The notes under the pieces were generated by a model, which did not search any database, was not told where the DNA came from, and saw only the letters and a program-made list of their open reading frames with translations. Position numbers and translations under genes: made by a program. Below, piece by piece: positions 7,899 through 17,195 of a stretch of 32,000 nucleotides of DNA. Each line of letters begins with the position of its first letter. Position 1 is the stretch's first letter. Origin of the DNA: Pseudoalteromonas translucida KMM 520 (GTDB lineage Bacteria; Pseudomonadota; Gammaproteobacteria; Enterobacterales; Alteromonadaceae). The DNA is taken from the NCBI RefSeq assembly GCF_001465295.1, contig NZ_CP011035.1, forward strand, positions 510,001-542,000, read 5' to 3'.

Positions 7899-10760
7899 TT
7901 AGAAGTGGTAACTAAAGCCTGCATAGTAGCCTCGACCTAACAATGAGTAGTTGAGACGGCCCCAGTTTGTAAATGGGTTATCTAACCAGGTTTCGTTGGT
8001 AACATTATTAACCCCAAAATACACATTAGCCTCATCGGTAACGTTATAACCAAGCCATACGTTATGTACAATTGAGTCTTCTATTTCTTGGTTTTCATAA
8101 CGGTCGGGATTTAGATCATTGTAGCGCGGCCCGCCTTGAGTGAACTTAGTAGTCCAACGCACTGTTAAGTCATATAACGAATAGGTGGCCCTAATATCGG
8201 CTTTCCATTTCGGTGAACCTAATGCACCAACTGAATCTGATTTAAGTGGTTTTCCCTCAACAAAGTCATACTCGGTATATGATTTTTCTAATTGGTGGGT
8301 AAGTCCCATTGCCATAGATAGCGTACCAGCTAGATCAAATGATTTTGCCATATCAATAGCGTAGTCGGCTTCTATATCAACACCACGACGTCGAGAGTTA
8401 TCGGCATTTAAGAAAGTGTCTCGAACCGATAACACGTCACCATTACTATCACGCTCAATTTGGTTACAATATTCATTATTAACCGACGCTAGGTCGACAC
8501 AGTTACTTAATACACTGCTAGCACCAAAGCTTACAATAAGATCAGATAAATCAATATCATAATAATCAATAGAGAGCCTTAAATTATCAATGAAGCGCGG
8601 TTGAAAAACAAACCCCGCCGTCATTGTAGTTGCCGTTTCTTCACTTAAATCTGTATTGCCAGAACTGATCACTTTACCGCGCTTACCTTTTAAGTTGGAG
8701 TCCCAATCAGCAGTTATACCTAAGGTTTGGCAATTAACTTTTCTGCGTCCATCTGCGGGTCCACCATCGATTTGGTCTGCATCACAGGGATCTGTTAAGT
8801 CGCTATAACCAATAGAAACACCTGCAAACATTTCACCGAGTTGCGGTGCTCTAACAGCACGAGAGTATGTGGTTCTAAAGCGAAGATCGTCATTTATAGC
8901 CCAATTCACGCCGAGCTTGGAACTTGAGAAGCTTGCCGACTCAGTTGAGTATTTCGCGTAGCGTAGTGCACCTTCAAGTTCGACACTTTTTGCAAATGGT
9001 GCGTCGCTGATCAAAGGGATTAAAAATTCACCATAGACTTCTTTTATATTGCGACTAACATCATCAATACCGGTCATTTGTGAAGATAATTTACCCGAAG
9101 ACCATAGTTTTGATGGACGATAATCTAAGCTTTCATAACGTATTTCAACACCGGCACTGAGCTGCACATTACCGGCAGGTAATTCAAATGCTTCACCTGA
9201 AAGGTTCGCTGCAAAACCATGGCCCTTAACATCAGTATGTGTTTCGTGGCTTGCCATAATGTAATCAAGTACTGCAGGCGAGGCCGCTTCAAAGGGACTA
9301 AAAGTTGGACAGTTACCTTGCTGTTGGCATGGTCCGATCAGCGTAAAGTTACTGCTGTTAAAGCGATCGTTACGTAACGCATTATTACTTTGTAGCTTGG
9401 CTTTAGTAAAACCGGTTGTTACATACATATCCCATAACCAGTTTTCATTTAGTTCGCCTTCCAAAGTTAAACTGGTTGAAAAATATTCACGCTCATTTTG
9501 ATGACCACGCCCGCCCGCTTCGTCAAACGTGTATGGTAACAGTAGCCAATTATCTCCGTAAGCATCAAGGGTATCTTTAACTGAGTCCGGCACGGTGATA
9601 CCATCGGCAGTTAACGTCTCTACTGTGGTCCAAGTATCCCAGACAAAAGGGGGATCAATTTCATCTTGTGACTTTGTTTTTGAGTACATCACATCAACGG
9701 ACATTGTAACCTCATCAAACATATAGCCTATGCGCGTATAGGCATTGATGCGATCATAAGGGTTTCTTGCCATGCCCCACTCAAGAGGATCAAAACCACT
9801 GCCATCGGTTGCCAGCCAACCATCTTGAACATTACTGCTTGGCGTTCTTAAGCTAGCAATACCATTATCTAATTGAAACCAATCTGCGCCACCATTTGCT
9901 GTATTCCAAACACCAAATACATTTTTATCAGCACCAAAAGAAGGAAAGGTTAGATCGCTGGCAATGATTTGATCGGCAATACCGTCATTAGGTCCGGTGT
10001 TGTTTGGGTTGGGGATATAGCGTTTGGTATTTGCTGAGCCGGGGCGATCTTTATAATACAATGCGGCTTGATCAAAATAATCGACAGACATTGAAAAGTT
10101 ACCGCGCTCGTCGTTAAAATTTAAACCGTGCGTGATAGTGATTGAGCGGCTACTTGCTCCACCGTCTTCTGTTCCTCCAAATTGACTGCGAATAGATGTA
10201 CCTTCAAAATCTTTTTTCAAGATAAAGTTAACAACCCCTGCAACTGCATCTGAGCCATAAACAGCCGAACCACCACCGGTTAAGACTTCAACGCGCTCTA
10301 CCAATTCAGATGGAATAATCCCAATATCAGTGAGCATTATATTACTATCGTTAGTAATGGATATAGGGCGCTTACCATTAACTAAGTTGAGTGTGCGCGT
10401 AGCGCCCAAGTCGCGAAGATCAGGGGCATTTATTCCTGAATTACCAAACGAGTAGTTACCATCGGTAGCATCAAACCCTTTACCAAATTGTGGCATGGTG
10501 GAGAGCACGTCATTCATATTAAGCGAGCCAGTCATTTTTATCGACTCTGCGCTAATTATGGTCGTTGGACTTGGTGCATCAAAGGTTGAGCGAGTTAAGC
10601 GCGAGCCTGTCACTTCTATTTTTTCTAATTCTTTATTAAGCTTCTTATTAGTCTCAGTGTCGGCTGCATAACTTGATGCTGCTGACAAAGCCGTTAAAAC
10701 GGCAAGCGACACTATGGTTTTGCGCGCTATAGCCTGATTAGTATAACTACGAGTAGCCAT
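7899..10760 (-). CDS. TonB-dependent outer-membrane receptor (large, ~953 aa)
   Basis: The start is ATG at 10760, preceded by an AGGAGA RBS. The signal peptide ends in SSYA. The plug region reads IEVTGSRL...VEVLTGGGSAVYGSDAVAGVVNF. The C-terminus is a beta-barrel ending in a terminal F (GFSYHF). I reject the 40-codon N-terminal extension in the ORF track. Confidence 0.9.
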   Translation of the reverse strand: MATRSYTNQAIARKTIVSLAVLTALSAASSYAADTETNKKLNKELEKIEVTGSRLTRSTFDAPSPTTIISAESIKMTGSLNMNDVLSTMPQFGKGFDATDGNYSFGNSGINAPDLRDLGATRTLNLVNGKRPISITNDSNIMLTDIGIIPSELVERVEVLTGGGSAVYGSDAVAGVVNFILKKDFEGTSIRSQFGGTEDGGASSRSITITHGLNFNDERGNFSMSVDYFDQAALYYKDRPGSANTKRYIPNPNNTGPNDGIADQIIASDLTFPSFGADKNVFGVWNTANGGADWFQLDNGIASLRTPSSNVQDGWLATDGSGFDPLEWGMARNPYDRINAYTRIGYMFDEVTMSVDVMYSKTKSQDEIDPPFVWDTWTTVETLTADGITVPDSVKDTLDAYGDNWLLLPYTFDEAGGRGHQNEREYFSTSLTLEGELNENWLWDMYVTTGFTKAKLQSNNALRNDRFNSSNFTLIGPCQQQGNCPTFSPFEAASPAVLDYIMASHETHTDVKGHGFAANLSGEAFELPAGNVQLSAGVEIRYESLDYRPSKLWSSGKLSSQMTGIDDVSRNIKEVYGEFLIPLISDAPFAKSVELEGALRYAKYSTESASFSSSKLGVNWAINDDLRFRTTYSRAVRAPQLGEMFAGVSIGYSDLTDPCDADQIDGGPADGRRKVNCQTLGITADWDSNLKGKRGKVISSGNTDLSEETATTMTAGFVFQPRFIDNLRLSIDYYDIDLSDLIVSFGASSVLSNCVDLASVNNEYCNQIERDSNGDVLSVRDTFLNADNSRRRGVDIEADYAIDMAKSFDLAGTLSMAMGLTHQLEKSYTEYDFVEGKPLKSDSVGALGSPKWKADIRATYSLYDLTVRWTTKFTQGGPRYNDLNPDRYENQEIEDSIVHNVWLGYNVTDEANVYFGVNNVTNETWLDNPFTNWGRLNYSLLGRGYYAGFSYHF

Positions 10761-11052
10761 TGTTTCTCCTAGATAGTATTTGGTTTTTTTTATCATTATG
10801 TAAATATTCACCACGCAAAAATTGAACGATATATACAATAGCTCGCAGTAAATATATAATATACAATATTCCATATCCAATATGTAAACAAGTGGTTAAT
10901 TTTGTTATGTAATTTTTAGCCATTACTTTTTGGCTTATTATTGATAGTTAAATTGCTGATAAATAAGGGTAGTTAAATTTCGATTGTGGCTGTTAAATAA
11001 ACAAAAAATTTACACGACTTTTGCAGTCGATACTGTTTTAAACGAGGGAAGT

Positions 11053-13293
11053 ATGAATAAATTACTAATATTGTTGTTTAATTTATTAGTTGTAGGGTGT
11101 CAATCAATACCACCTAGCAGTACTAATACGTCAGCTGATTTTCAGCGAGCTAAGTTGTTTACTGCGGCGAGCTTGACCACAAAAGTGCATAATTTATCGC
11201 TTAAACCACAGTGGATAAATAATACTGGTGAGCAATTTTGGTTTGAGCGTTACTCTGTTACTGCCGGGCAAGAGTTTGTACTTGTTAATCAGCATCGCAA
11301 GCAGCCTTTATTCGACAAACATATGTTACAGCAGGCAATAGCGAATGATTTGAACATAGACTGGCATGTTAAGCCATTACAGCAACTTGCATTTGATGGC
11401 ACAAAATTAACTTTTAGCTTGCAACAGCAGACTTACACCTGCCAATTAGGGGCAATAGCGTATCAATGCCGTTTAACTGTGAGTCCTACAGCGAATAAAA
11501 CGAGTTATTTATCTCCTAATAAACAGCATTATGTAAAGCTAGAAAACTTTAATATTTATCTTTGCAGTAGCAACAGTAATCACTGTAAACAAATCACTAA
11601 GGATGGCTCACAAAGTGCACCTTATGCGGTTAAACATCCTTATCCAGAAGACTTACTACATGATCAGCATTTTGCAGCGCAAAAACAGATGCAAGTCTAT
11701 TGGTCTAGCGATAGTAAGTATTTAATAACGTATAAGTTATTTAGAGAAGGGGTTAATAAACTGACGCTCACTGACAGCGCAGCAGATAACGACTTTAGTG
11801 TTAATACCGTGAGTTACTATTACCCACAAGCCGGTGATGAAATATTACCTATGGCACAATTATTTTTAGTGGATGTGGTTGCGCAGCAAGGGGAGTTATT
11901 AGACGCACCTAAACTAATGCAAACCTACTATGGGGGCGCTATCTGGGGAAAGTGGCATAACAATGCATTTTATTATCATGATCGTCGCCGTGGTAACCGT
12001 CAATATCACTTAATGCAAGTGCTCCCGAAAGAGAAAATAGTAAGAGCGTTAATAACAGAAGTAGATGAAGAGTTCATTGATCCTTGGGTACAAACGTTCG
12101 AAAATTTACAGCAAACAAATAGGCTTATATGGAGTTCACAACGCAGTGGTTATCAACATTTATATTTATATGATACATCTTCAGGCAAGTTAATAAATCC
12201 GATAACTCAAGGAGATTTTACGGTTAGGAGCATAAAAGGAATTGATGAGGATAAAGGGCTTGTGTATTTTGAGGCTTCAGGTAAAGAGGCTAATGTCGAC
12301 CCTTACTTTCGCCACCTTTATCGAGTTAACTTAGATGGCTCTGATCTAACCCTGTTAACCCCCGAACCACAGGAGCATCACAGTTATCTATCCCCAGATT
12401 TTAAGTATTTGGTAGATAATTATTCAGATCCACAAACGCCCACTCAGTCTTGGTTACGCGATGCTTATAGTGGCGAAAAAATAATATTATTGGATCAAGC
12501 CGATACGTCTCAATTAGTAGCGCTAGGTTGGCAGGCTCCAGAGCCATTTTCACTATTAGCGCCAGATAATAAAACACAGCTCTACGGTTTAATGTATAAA
12601 CCAAGCAACTTTGATAAAAACAAGCGTTATCCAATTATTGATGATACATACACTGGACCTCACAACTTTTTTACGCCTAAGTCATTCGACACCTTTAGTA
12701 ATCAACGGCCTGCTTTAGCTGAGCTGGGATTCATTGTGATAAAAATGGATGGCAGAGGTACAAATAAACGAGGTAAAGCATTTCATCGTTACAGTTATAA
12801 AAACTTGGCTGCGGGGACCGATGACCATGTATGGGCAATAAAACAGCTGGCTAAAAAGCACGCGTACTTTGATATAACACGGGTTGGTATTTTTGGGTTC
12901 AGTGCCGGTGGATACGATACTATGCAAGCCATGCTGCGTCATAATGAGTTTTTTAAAGCAGGAGTGAGTGCATCAGGAAATCATGATTTTCGCGTGGATA
13001 AAGCGGGTTGGAATGAAATTTGGATGGGCTGGCCGGTCACTGAGCACTGGCAACAACAATCAAATTATACCGACGTGTCGCGCCTTAAAGGCAAGCTACT
13101 GCTCGCTCATGGAGAATTAGATAGTAATGTGCACCCTTCGGCGACGCTTCGTTTGGCTGATAAGTTGATCAATGCTAATAAAGATTTTGAATTACTCATT
13201 ATGCCAAAAATGGGTCATGTACTTGATAAAAGTCCATATTTTGTTGAAAAACGCTGGAAATTCTTTATTGAACATTTACAGTCCTCATATTAA
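11053..13293 (+). CDS. S9-family serine peptidase, dipeptidyl-peptidase IV-like lipoprotein
   Basis: The start is ATG at 11053 with a GAGGGA RBS. The lipobox is LVVGC. The C-terminal alpha/beta-hydrolase domain has the catalytic motif GFSAGGY, plus HGELDSNVH and a GH near the end. The N-terminal region is beta-propeller-like. Confidence 0.8.
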   Translation: MNKLLILLFNLLVVGCQSIPPSSTNTSADFQRAKLFTAASLTTKVHNLSLKPQWINNTGEQFWFERYSVTAGQEFVLVNQHRKQPLFDKHMLQQAIANDLNIDWHVKPLQQLAFDGTKLTFSLQQQTYTCQLGAIAYQCRLTVSPTANKTSYLSPNKQHYVKLENFNIYLCSSNSNHCKQITKDGSQSAPYAVKHPYPEDLLHDQHFAAQKQMQVYWSSDSKYLITYKLFREGVNKLTLTDSAADNDFSVNTVSYYYPQAGDEILPMAQLFLVDVVAQQGELLDAPKLMQTYYGGAIWGKWHNNAFYYHDRRRGNRQYHLMQVLPKEKIVRALITEVDEEFIDPWVQTFENLQQTNRLIWSSQRSGYQHLYLYDTSSGKLINPITQGDFTVRSIKGIDEDKGLVYFEASGKEANVDPYFRHLYRVNLDGSDLTLLTPEPQEHHSYLSPDFKYLVDNYSDPQTPTQSWLRDAYSGEKIILLDQADTSQLVALGWQAPEPFSLLAPDNKTQLYGLMYKPSNFDKNKRYPIIDDTYTGPHNFFTPKSFDTFSNQRPALAELGFIVIKMDGRGTNKRGKAFHRYSYKNLAAGTDDHVWAIKQLAKKHAYFDITRVGIFGFSAGGYDTMQAMLRHNEFFKAGVSASGNHDFRVDKAGWNEIWMGWPVTEHWQQQSNYTDVSRLKGKLLLAHGELDSNVHPSATLRLADKLINANKDFELLIMPKMGHVLDKSPYFVEKRWKFFIEHLQSSY

Positions 13294-13316
13294 ATAACTA
13301 AGCGAGCTTGAGAAGT

Positions 13317-13347
13317 AACAGGGTAGCTATAACTAGGCTAGCCTGTT
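13317..13347 (+). terminator. Hairpin after the peptidase gene
   Basis: AACAGGGTAGC pairs with GCTAGCCTGTT (11 bp, one mismatch). It is followed by an AT-rich stretch, not a clean T-run. Confidence 0.35.
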
Positions 13348-13485
13348 TAATTATTAGTATTGCAAGAGTGGCGGACATAAGGCCTTGTTTGCTGTAGGTA
13401 GGCTGATAAACTTAACCGGTTTTGCTGTTTCAATGATTGAAAAATACCCTCCCCACGGATCGGGCCAGTCAATTGGGTTTTTAAA

Positions 13486-13767
13486 ATGGAAAAGGATAGA
13501 CGTGTGATTGCACTTTTATTTGATATTGTAGGTATGACGGGTACTGCTTTAGTAGTGGGTTCATTTTTTTTGTTACAACTAAATAAAGTATCACCAGCGA
13601 GTTTACTTTATAACATGATGAACTTAACCGGCGCTATATTGTTGCTTATTAGTCTTTGTTATAACTTTAATTTGGCCAGTTTTGTAATTGAAATATTTTG
13701 GATTGCAGCCTCTTTAATTGGTTTATATAAATACGTTAAAAATAAACCAAAGCTAGCCAAAGCTTAA
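13486..13767 (+). CDS. Small three-TM membrane protein of unknown function
   Basis: The ORF is 93 aa with three hydrophobic segments and a basic C-terminus. A strong terminator follows it. The RBS is weak. Confidence 0.5.
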   Translation: MEKDRRVIALLFDIVGMTGTALVVGSFFLLQLNKVSPASLLYNMMNLTGAILLLISLCYNFNLASFVIEIFWIAASLIGLYKYVKNKPKLAKA

Positions 13768-13777
13768 TTGTACTTTT

Positions 13778-13812
13778 AAACCGTGAAATTGCCTTATTTC
13801 ACGGTTTTTATG
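13778..13812 (+). terminator. Rho-independent terminator
   Basis: A perfect 12-bp stem, AAACCGTGAAAT paired with ATTTCACGGTTT, with a 6-nt loop, followed by a T-rich tail. Confidence 0.75.
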
Positions 13813-13916
13813 TTTTTAATACAATTGTTAACAAAAAGTTTATATCTCTCTTTGCATTATGCAGATAAACTACACCCCATTATTAATAGCTAACATTACC
13901 CGTTTTATAGGCGTTT

Positions 13917-15647
13917 ATGTTCTTCATTCCTAAAAAAATTATTTTCGCATTTTTATTGCTACTCTTGTTGTTAACAGTCACTTTTTGGTTTGGTCGAATA
14001 CATGACTTAGAGCAAGCAAAAAAACAAGCCGACCAACAAGTAAGCCAATTAAATAACTACATTGATAATGAGCTTGCTCGATTTGCTGCGATCCCGCAAT
14101 TACTCACCAATAACAACTTACTCATTCGCTTTACTAATAATGAAGAAGAGCATTATAGCGCTATTAACAACTACTTAGCCGATATACAAAAAGCCAGTGG
14201 CGCATCTGATATTTATATACTTAATACCCAAGGTGAGGTTGTTGCTAGCAGCAATTGGCAGGCCGATTATACTTTTTTGGGTAGTAACTTTTCTTTTCGA
14301 CCGTATTTTAAACAAGCATTTGCGGGTGAAAAAGTAGCTTATTTTGCCCTTGGCCAGCGTTCAAAAGAGCGTGGATTATATTTTTCGCAGGCTATTTATC
14401 ATGAAGGTAAAGCAATTGGGGTTGTGGCGCTAAAAGTAAATGTTGCTAAGTTTGAAGACGACAGATCGCTACTTAATACGGCAGCAGGCAGCCATTTTTA
14501 TTTACAATTAGCAGATAATGTCATTGCTATGTCGGATGAGCCTAGTTGGCGTTTAAACAGTTTTCAAGAGTTAGATATTGCAGCCAGGCGGGAAATAAAT
14601 CAACGTCGTGCTTATTTAGATTACCAGCCGGGTCTTATTCCTTTACAACAATTTAATAGCCAAAATATTACACAATTTAAAATTGCTAAGCGCTTATATG
14701 TAGTAGCTTCTAAGCCATTAAAACACTTTAATGCCCAAATGAGCGTATTAGTAGATGTTTCTAACATAGCAGCGATGCAGTTTCCTCGGTTATTATGGTT
14801 GATGATTTTTTATTGTATATTTATTTTTGTTGTTTATAGCTTACTTGCACGCTTTGCCGGTTATAAAAAACTACTTTATTCTAGGCACAGTTTAGAGCAA
14901 AAAGTGATTGAGCGTACCCAAGCACTTGAAAAAGCTCAAACCGCTTTAGTACAGTCTGCAAAACTTGCCACCATAGGGCAATTAAGCGCTGGCATAAACC
15001 ACGAAATTAACCAGCCTTTGTGTGCTATGAATGCTTATTTAGCCAGTGCAAAAATACTGCTCAATAAAGGTAAGTTAACAGCATTAAACGAAAACTTAGC
15101 CATTATAGAGGGCTTAGTGGAGCGGGTGCATAAAATTGTTGCGCAATTAAAGCACTTTAGTAAACCTTCAAAAATGCAACTAAGGCCGCACCCTTTGTCG
15201 GCATTATTAAATAACGCCTTAATGATCACCCATTCACAACTAAAACAAGATGATATTAGCGTTATTTCCCCGCAGTTTGAGCAAAATATTACCGTTTTGG
15301 TCGACTCACTTAAGTTTGAACAAGTATTAGTTAACGTTATTACTAATGCTTCGCAAGCAATGAGTAACTGCGCAACGCGGCAATTAAGTTTTGAAGTTGA
15401 ATGCTTTGATGGACGCGTAAAACTATCGATATTAGATACAGGATCTGGCATAGAACACCATACTTTAGGTTCTATTTTTGAACCATTTTATAGTACTAAG
15501 TCGAGTACCGGTTTAGGCCTTGGCTTATCAATATCTAAGCAAATTATCGACTCGTTTGATGGTCGTTTAAGTGCGCATAATCGCCCAGAAGGGGGAGCGC
15601 AGTTTATTATTTGTCTTTGGAGTACTGCGGAGTCACAACATGATTGA
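13917..15647 (+). CDS. dctB: Sensor histidine kinase, DctB-like (C4-dicarboxylate sensing, NtrB class)
   Basis: The 576-aa product has an N-terminal TM segment, a ~270-aa periplasmic region and a second TM segment. The H-box is GQLSAGINHEINQPL. N and G boxes are present (NVITNASQA; DTGSGI; GLGLGLSIS). It overlaps the downstream response regulator by 8 nt. Confidence 0.75.
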   Translation: MFFIPKKIIFAFLLLLLLLTVTFWFGRIHDLEQAKKQADQQVSQLNNYIDNELARFAAIPQLLTNNNLLIRFTNNEEEHYSAINNYLADIQKASGASDIYILNTQGEVVASSNWQADYTFLGSNFSFRPYFKQAFAGEKVAYFALGQRSKERGLYFSQAIYHEGKAIGVVALKVNVAKFEDDRSLLNTAAGSHFYLQLADNVIAMSDEPSWRLNSFQELDIAARREINQRRAYLDYQPGLIPLQQFNSQNITQFKIAKRLYVVASKPLKHFNAQMSVLVDVSNIAAMQFPRLLWLMIFYCIFIFVVYSLLARFAGYKKLLYSRHSLEQKVIERTQALEKAQTALVQSAKLATIGQLSAGINHEINQPLCAMNAYLASAKILLNKGKLTALNENLAIIEGLVERVHKIVAQLKHFSKPSKMQLRPHPLSALLNNALMITHSQLKQDDISVISPQFEQNITVLVDSLKFEQVLVNVITNASQAMSNCATRQLSFEVECFDGRVKLSILDTGSGIEHHTLGSIFEPFYSTKSSTGLGLGLSISKQIIDSFDGRLSAHNRPEGGAQFIICLWSTAESQHD

Positions 15648-17004
15648 GCCACTGCTTTGTAAACAGGTCATGGTTATTGATGACGAGGCGATGATCCGCG
15701 ATTCGTTAAATCAATTACTTACTTTGGAAGGCTATCAAGTTCAATGTTTCAGTGATGGGGCAACCGCGCTTAGTCGCTTAAGCCGAGGCTATAGCGGCGT
15801 GGTACTTAGCGACATTAATATGCCAGCAATGGATGGGCTTACGTTACTTGAGCAAATAAAAGCGTTTGATAGTGAGTTACCGGTTATATTTTTAACCGGG
15901 TATGCCGATGTGTCGGTGGCGGTAAAAGCGATGCAGTTAGGCGCTTATGATTTATTTGAAAAACCACTTAACGAGCATTTAATAGATTGTATTGCTAGAG
16001 CGTGCGATAAACGCAGCCTAGTAATGGAAAACCGGGCTCTTAAACTCGCGGTAGAAAAAACCTCAGCGCCGGGCGTGCGTATTTTAGGTGATACGCCAAA
16101 AATGCAGCACATGATGAAGCTGCTTAATACCGTGATAGATACCCCCGCAGATATATTAATTGAAGGTGAAACCGGGACTGGCAAAGAGCTGGTTGCACGT
16201 TACTTACACGACCACAGTAACCGTTCAAGTTGTCAATTTGTGGCGATTAACTGTGGCGCTGTGCCAGAGCAACTCATAGAAAGTGAACTGTTTGGCGCTG
16301 TAAGCGGTGCATATACAGGGGCCACAAAAAATAGAAAGGGTAAATTTGAATTTGCCCAAGGTGGCACTGTTTTTTTAGATGAAATAGAAAGCACCCCGTT
16401 ATCGTTACAAGTAAAGTTACTGCGTGTACTAGAGGAGCGAAAGGTAACGCCAGTTGGCGCTAATCATACCGTTAACTTAGATATTCGCATTGTTGCTGCT
16501 ACAAAAGTTGATTTACTGGCATTGGTGAATGAAGGTGGGTTTAGAGCCGATTTATATTATCGCCTTAGTTTGGTTAAAGTAAGCATTCCCGCGCTGCGCG
16601 ATCGAAAAGAAGATATTCCTTTATTATTTAAGCACTTTAGCTCAATTGCGGCAACGCGGTTTTATAAACCACTTGGGGCGTTAAATGTAGAGTTAGAGCA
16701 ACGCTTATTAGCCTATGACTGGCCGGGTAATGTGCGCGAGCTAAGAAACCAAGCAGAACGGGCGGTATTGTTAGGGCCTGAATTAGCATTTGCGCAAAGT
16801 GATTCAGCTGATCAGCAAGTGTTATCACAAGATTTAAGTTTGGCCGAAAAGGTCAGTTATTATGAGCAATCTTTAATAGAAGAAGCATTAGAGCGTAACC
16901 ATGGCAGTATAAAAAACACCATGGGCACGCTACAAATTGCGCGTAAAACCTTGTACGATAAAATGAGTAAATACGGTTTAAATCGCGATATGTTTACTGA
17001 TTAG
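15640..17004 (+). CDS. dctD: Sigma-54-dependent response regulator, DctD-like (NtrC family enhancer-binding protein)
   Basis: The receiver domain contains VLSDINMPAMDG. The AAA+ domain has Walker A GETGTGKE, ESELFG, a GAYTGA loop and Walker B FLDEIE. A C-terminal Fis-type HTH is present. I chose the ATG at 15640, which overlaps the dctB stop; a start at 15670 is also possible. Confidence 0.85.
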   Translation: MIEPLLCKQVMVIDDEAMIRDSLNQLLTLEGYQVQCFSDGATALSRLSRGYSGVVLSDINMPAMDGLTLLEQIKAFDSELPVIFLTGYADVSVAVKAMQLGAYDLFEKPLNEHLIDCIARACDKRSLVMENRALKLAVEKTSAPGVRILGDTPKMQHMMKLLNTVIDTPADILIEGETGTGKELVARYLHDHSNRSSCQFVAINCGAVPEQLIESELFGAVSGAYTGATKNRKGKFEFAQGGTVFLDEIESTPLSLQVKLLRVLEERKVTPVGANHTVNLDIRIVAATKVDLLALVNEGGFRADLYYRLSLVKVSIPALRDRKEDIPLLFKHFSSIAATRFYKPLGALNVELEQRLLAYDWPGNVRELRNQAERAVLLGPELAFAQSDSADQQVLSQDLSLAEKVSYYEQSLIEEALERNHGSIKNTMGTLQIARKTLYDKMSKYGLNRDMFTD

Positions 17005-17046
17005 GACGTACGGTTGTCGTGTGCGGTAAAGGTGATGTTTTTAAAT

Positions 17047-17076
17047 AAAAGTGTGCGGATATCCGCACACTTTTTT
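17047..17076. terminator. Perfect 20-bp palindrome flanked by A4 and T6; terminator of dctD and a candidate enhancer (UAS) site
   Basis: GTGTGCGGAT|ATCCGCACAC occupies 17051..17070. It is preceded by AAAA and followed by TTTTTT. Its centre lies ~74 bp upstream of the -24 GG of the sigma-54 promoter. A half-site copy GTGTGCGG lies at 17019..17026. Confidence 0.6.
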
Positions 17077-17132
17077 GCTTTAAAAACAGTGTTAATCATT
17101 TAACTTACTGAAATTTATGTTTATTTAGTAGT

Positions 17133-17148
17133 TGGCCATCATTTTGCT
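17133..17148 (+). promoter_or_regulatory. Sigma-54 (-24/-12) promoter
   Basis: TGGCCATCATTTTGCT matches the consensus TGGCAC-N5-TTGCW, with the GG and GC elements at exactly the canonical spacing. It lies ~48 bp upstream of the porin ATG. Confidence 0.75.
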
Positions 17149-17195
17149 TTAATGGGTGTACAACAATAAGTAGATTCTAATTTTTAGGACACATA

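Noticed and set aside
10785-10803. A Fur-box-like stretch (ATAATGATAA on the minus strand) near the TBDR promoter
   Set aside because: Only about half of the 19-bp Fur consensus matches, and the remainder is a poly-A run. The receptor's size and its peptidase neighbour argue against a siderophore role.
10761-10880. A 40-codon N-terminal extension of the TonB-dependent receptor ORF (MDMEYCILYIY...)
   Set aside because: The extension lies in AT-rich promoter DNA and has implausible composition. A strong AGGAGA RBS precedes the ATG at 10760, and that start yields a normal signal peptide.
10984-11052. Upstream extensions of ORF-track starts: the peptidase at 10984, dnaJ at 5819, dctD at 15571, the Sel1 protein up to 22115, the lipoprotein at 22575 and the RND pump at 27101
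   Set aside because: In each case an internal ATG has a better RBS. It also yields the conserved N-terminus or a proper signal or lipoprotein peptide.
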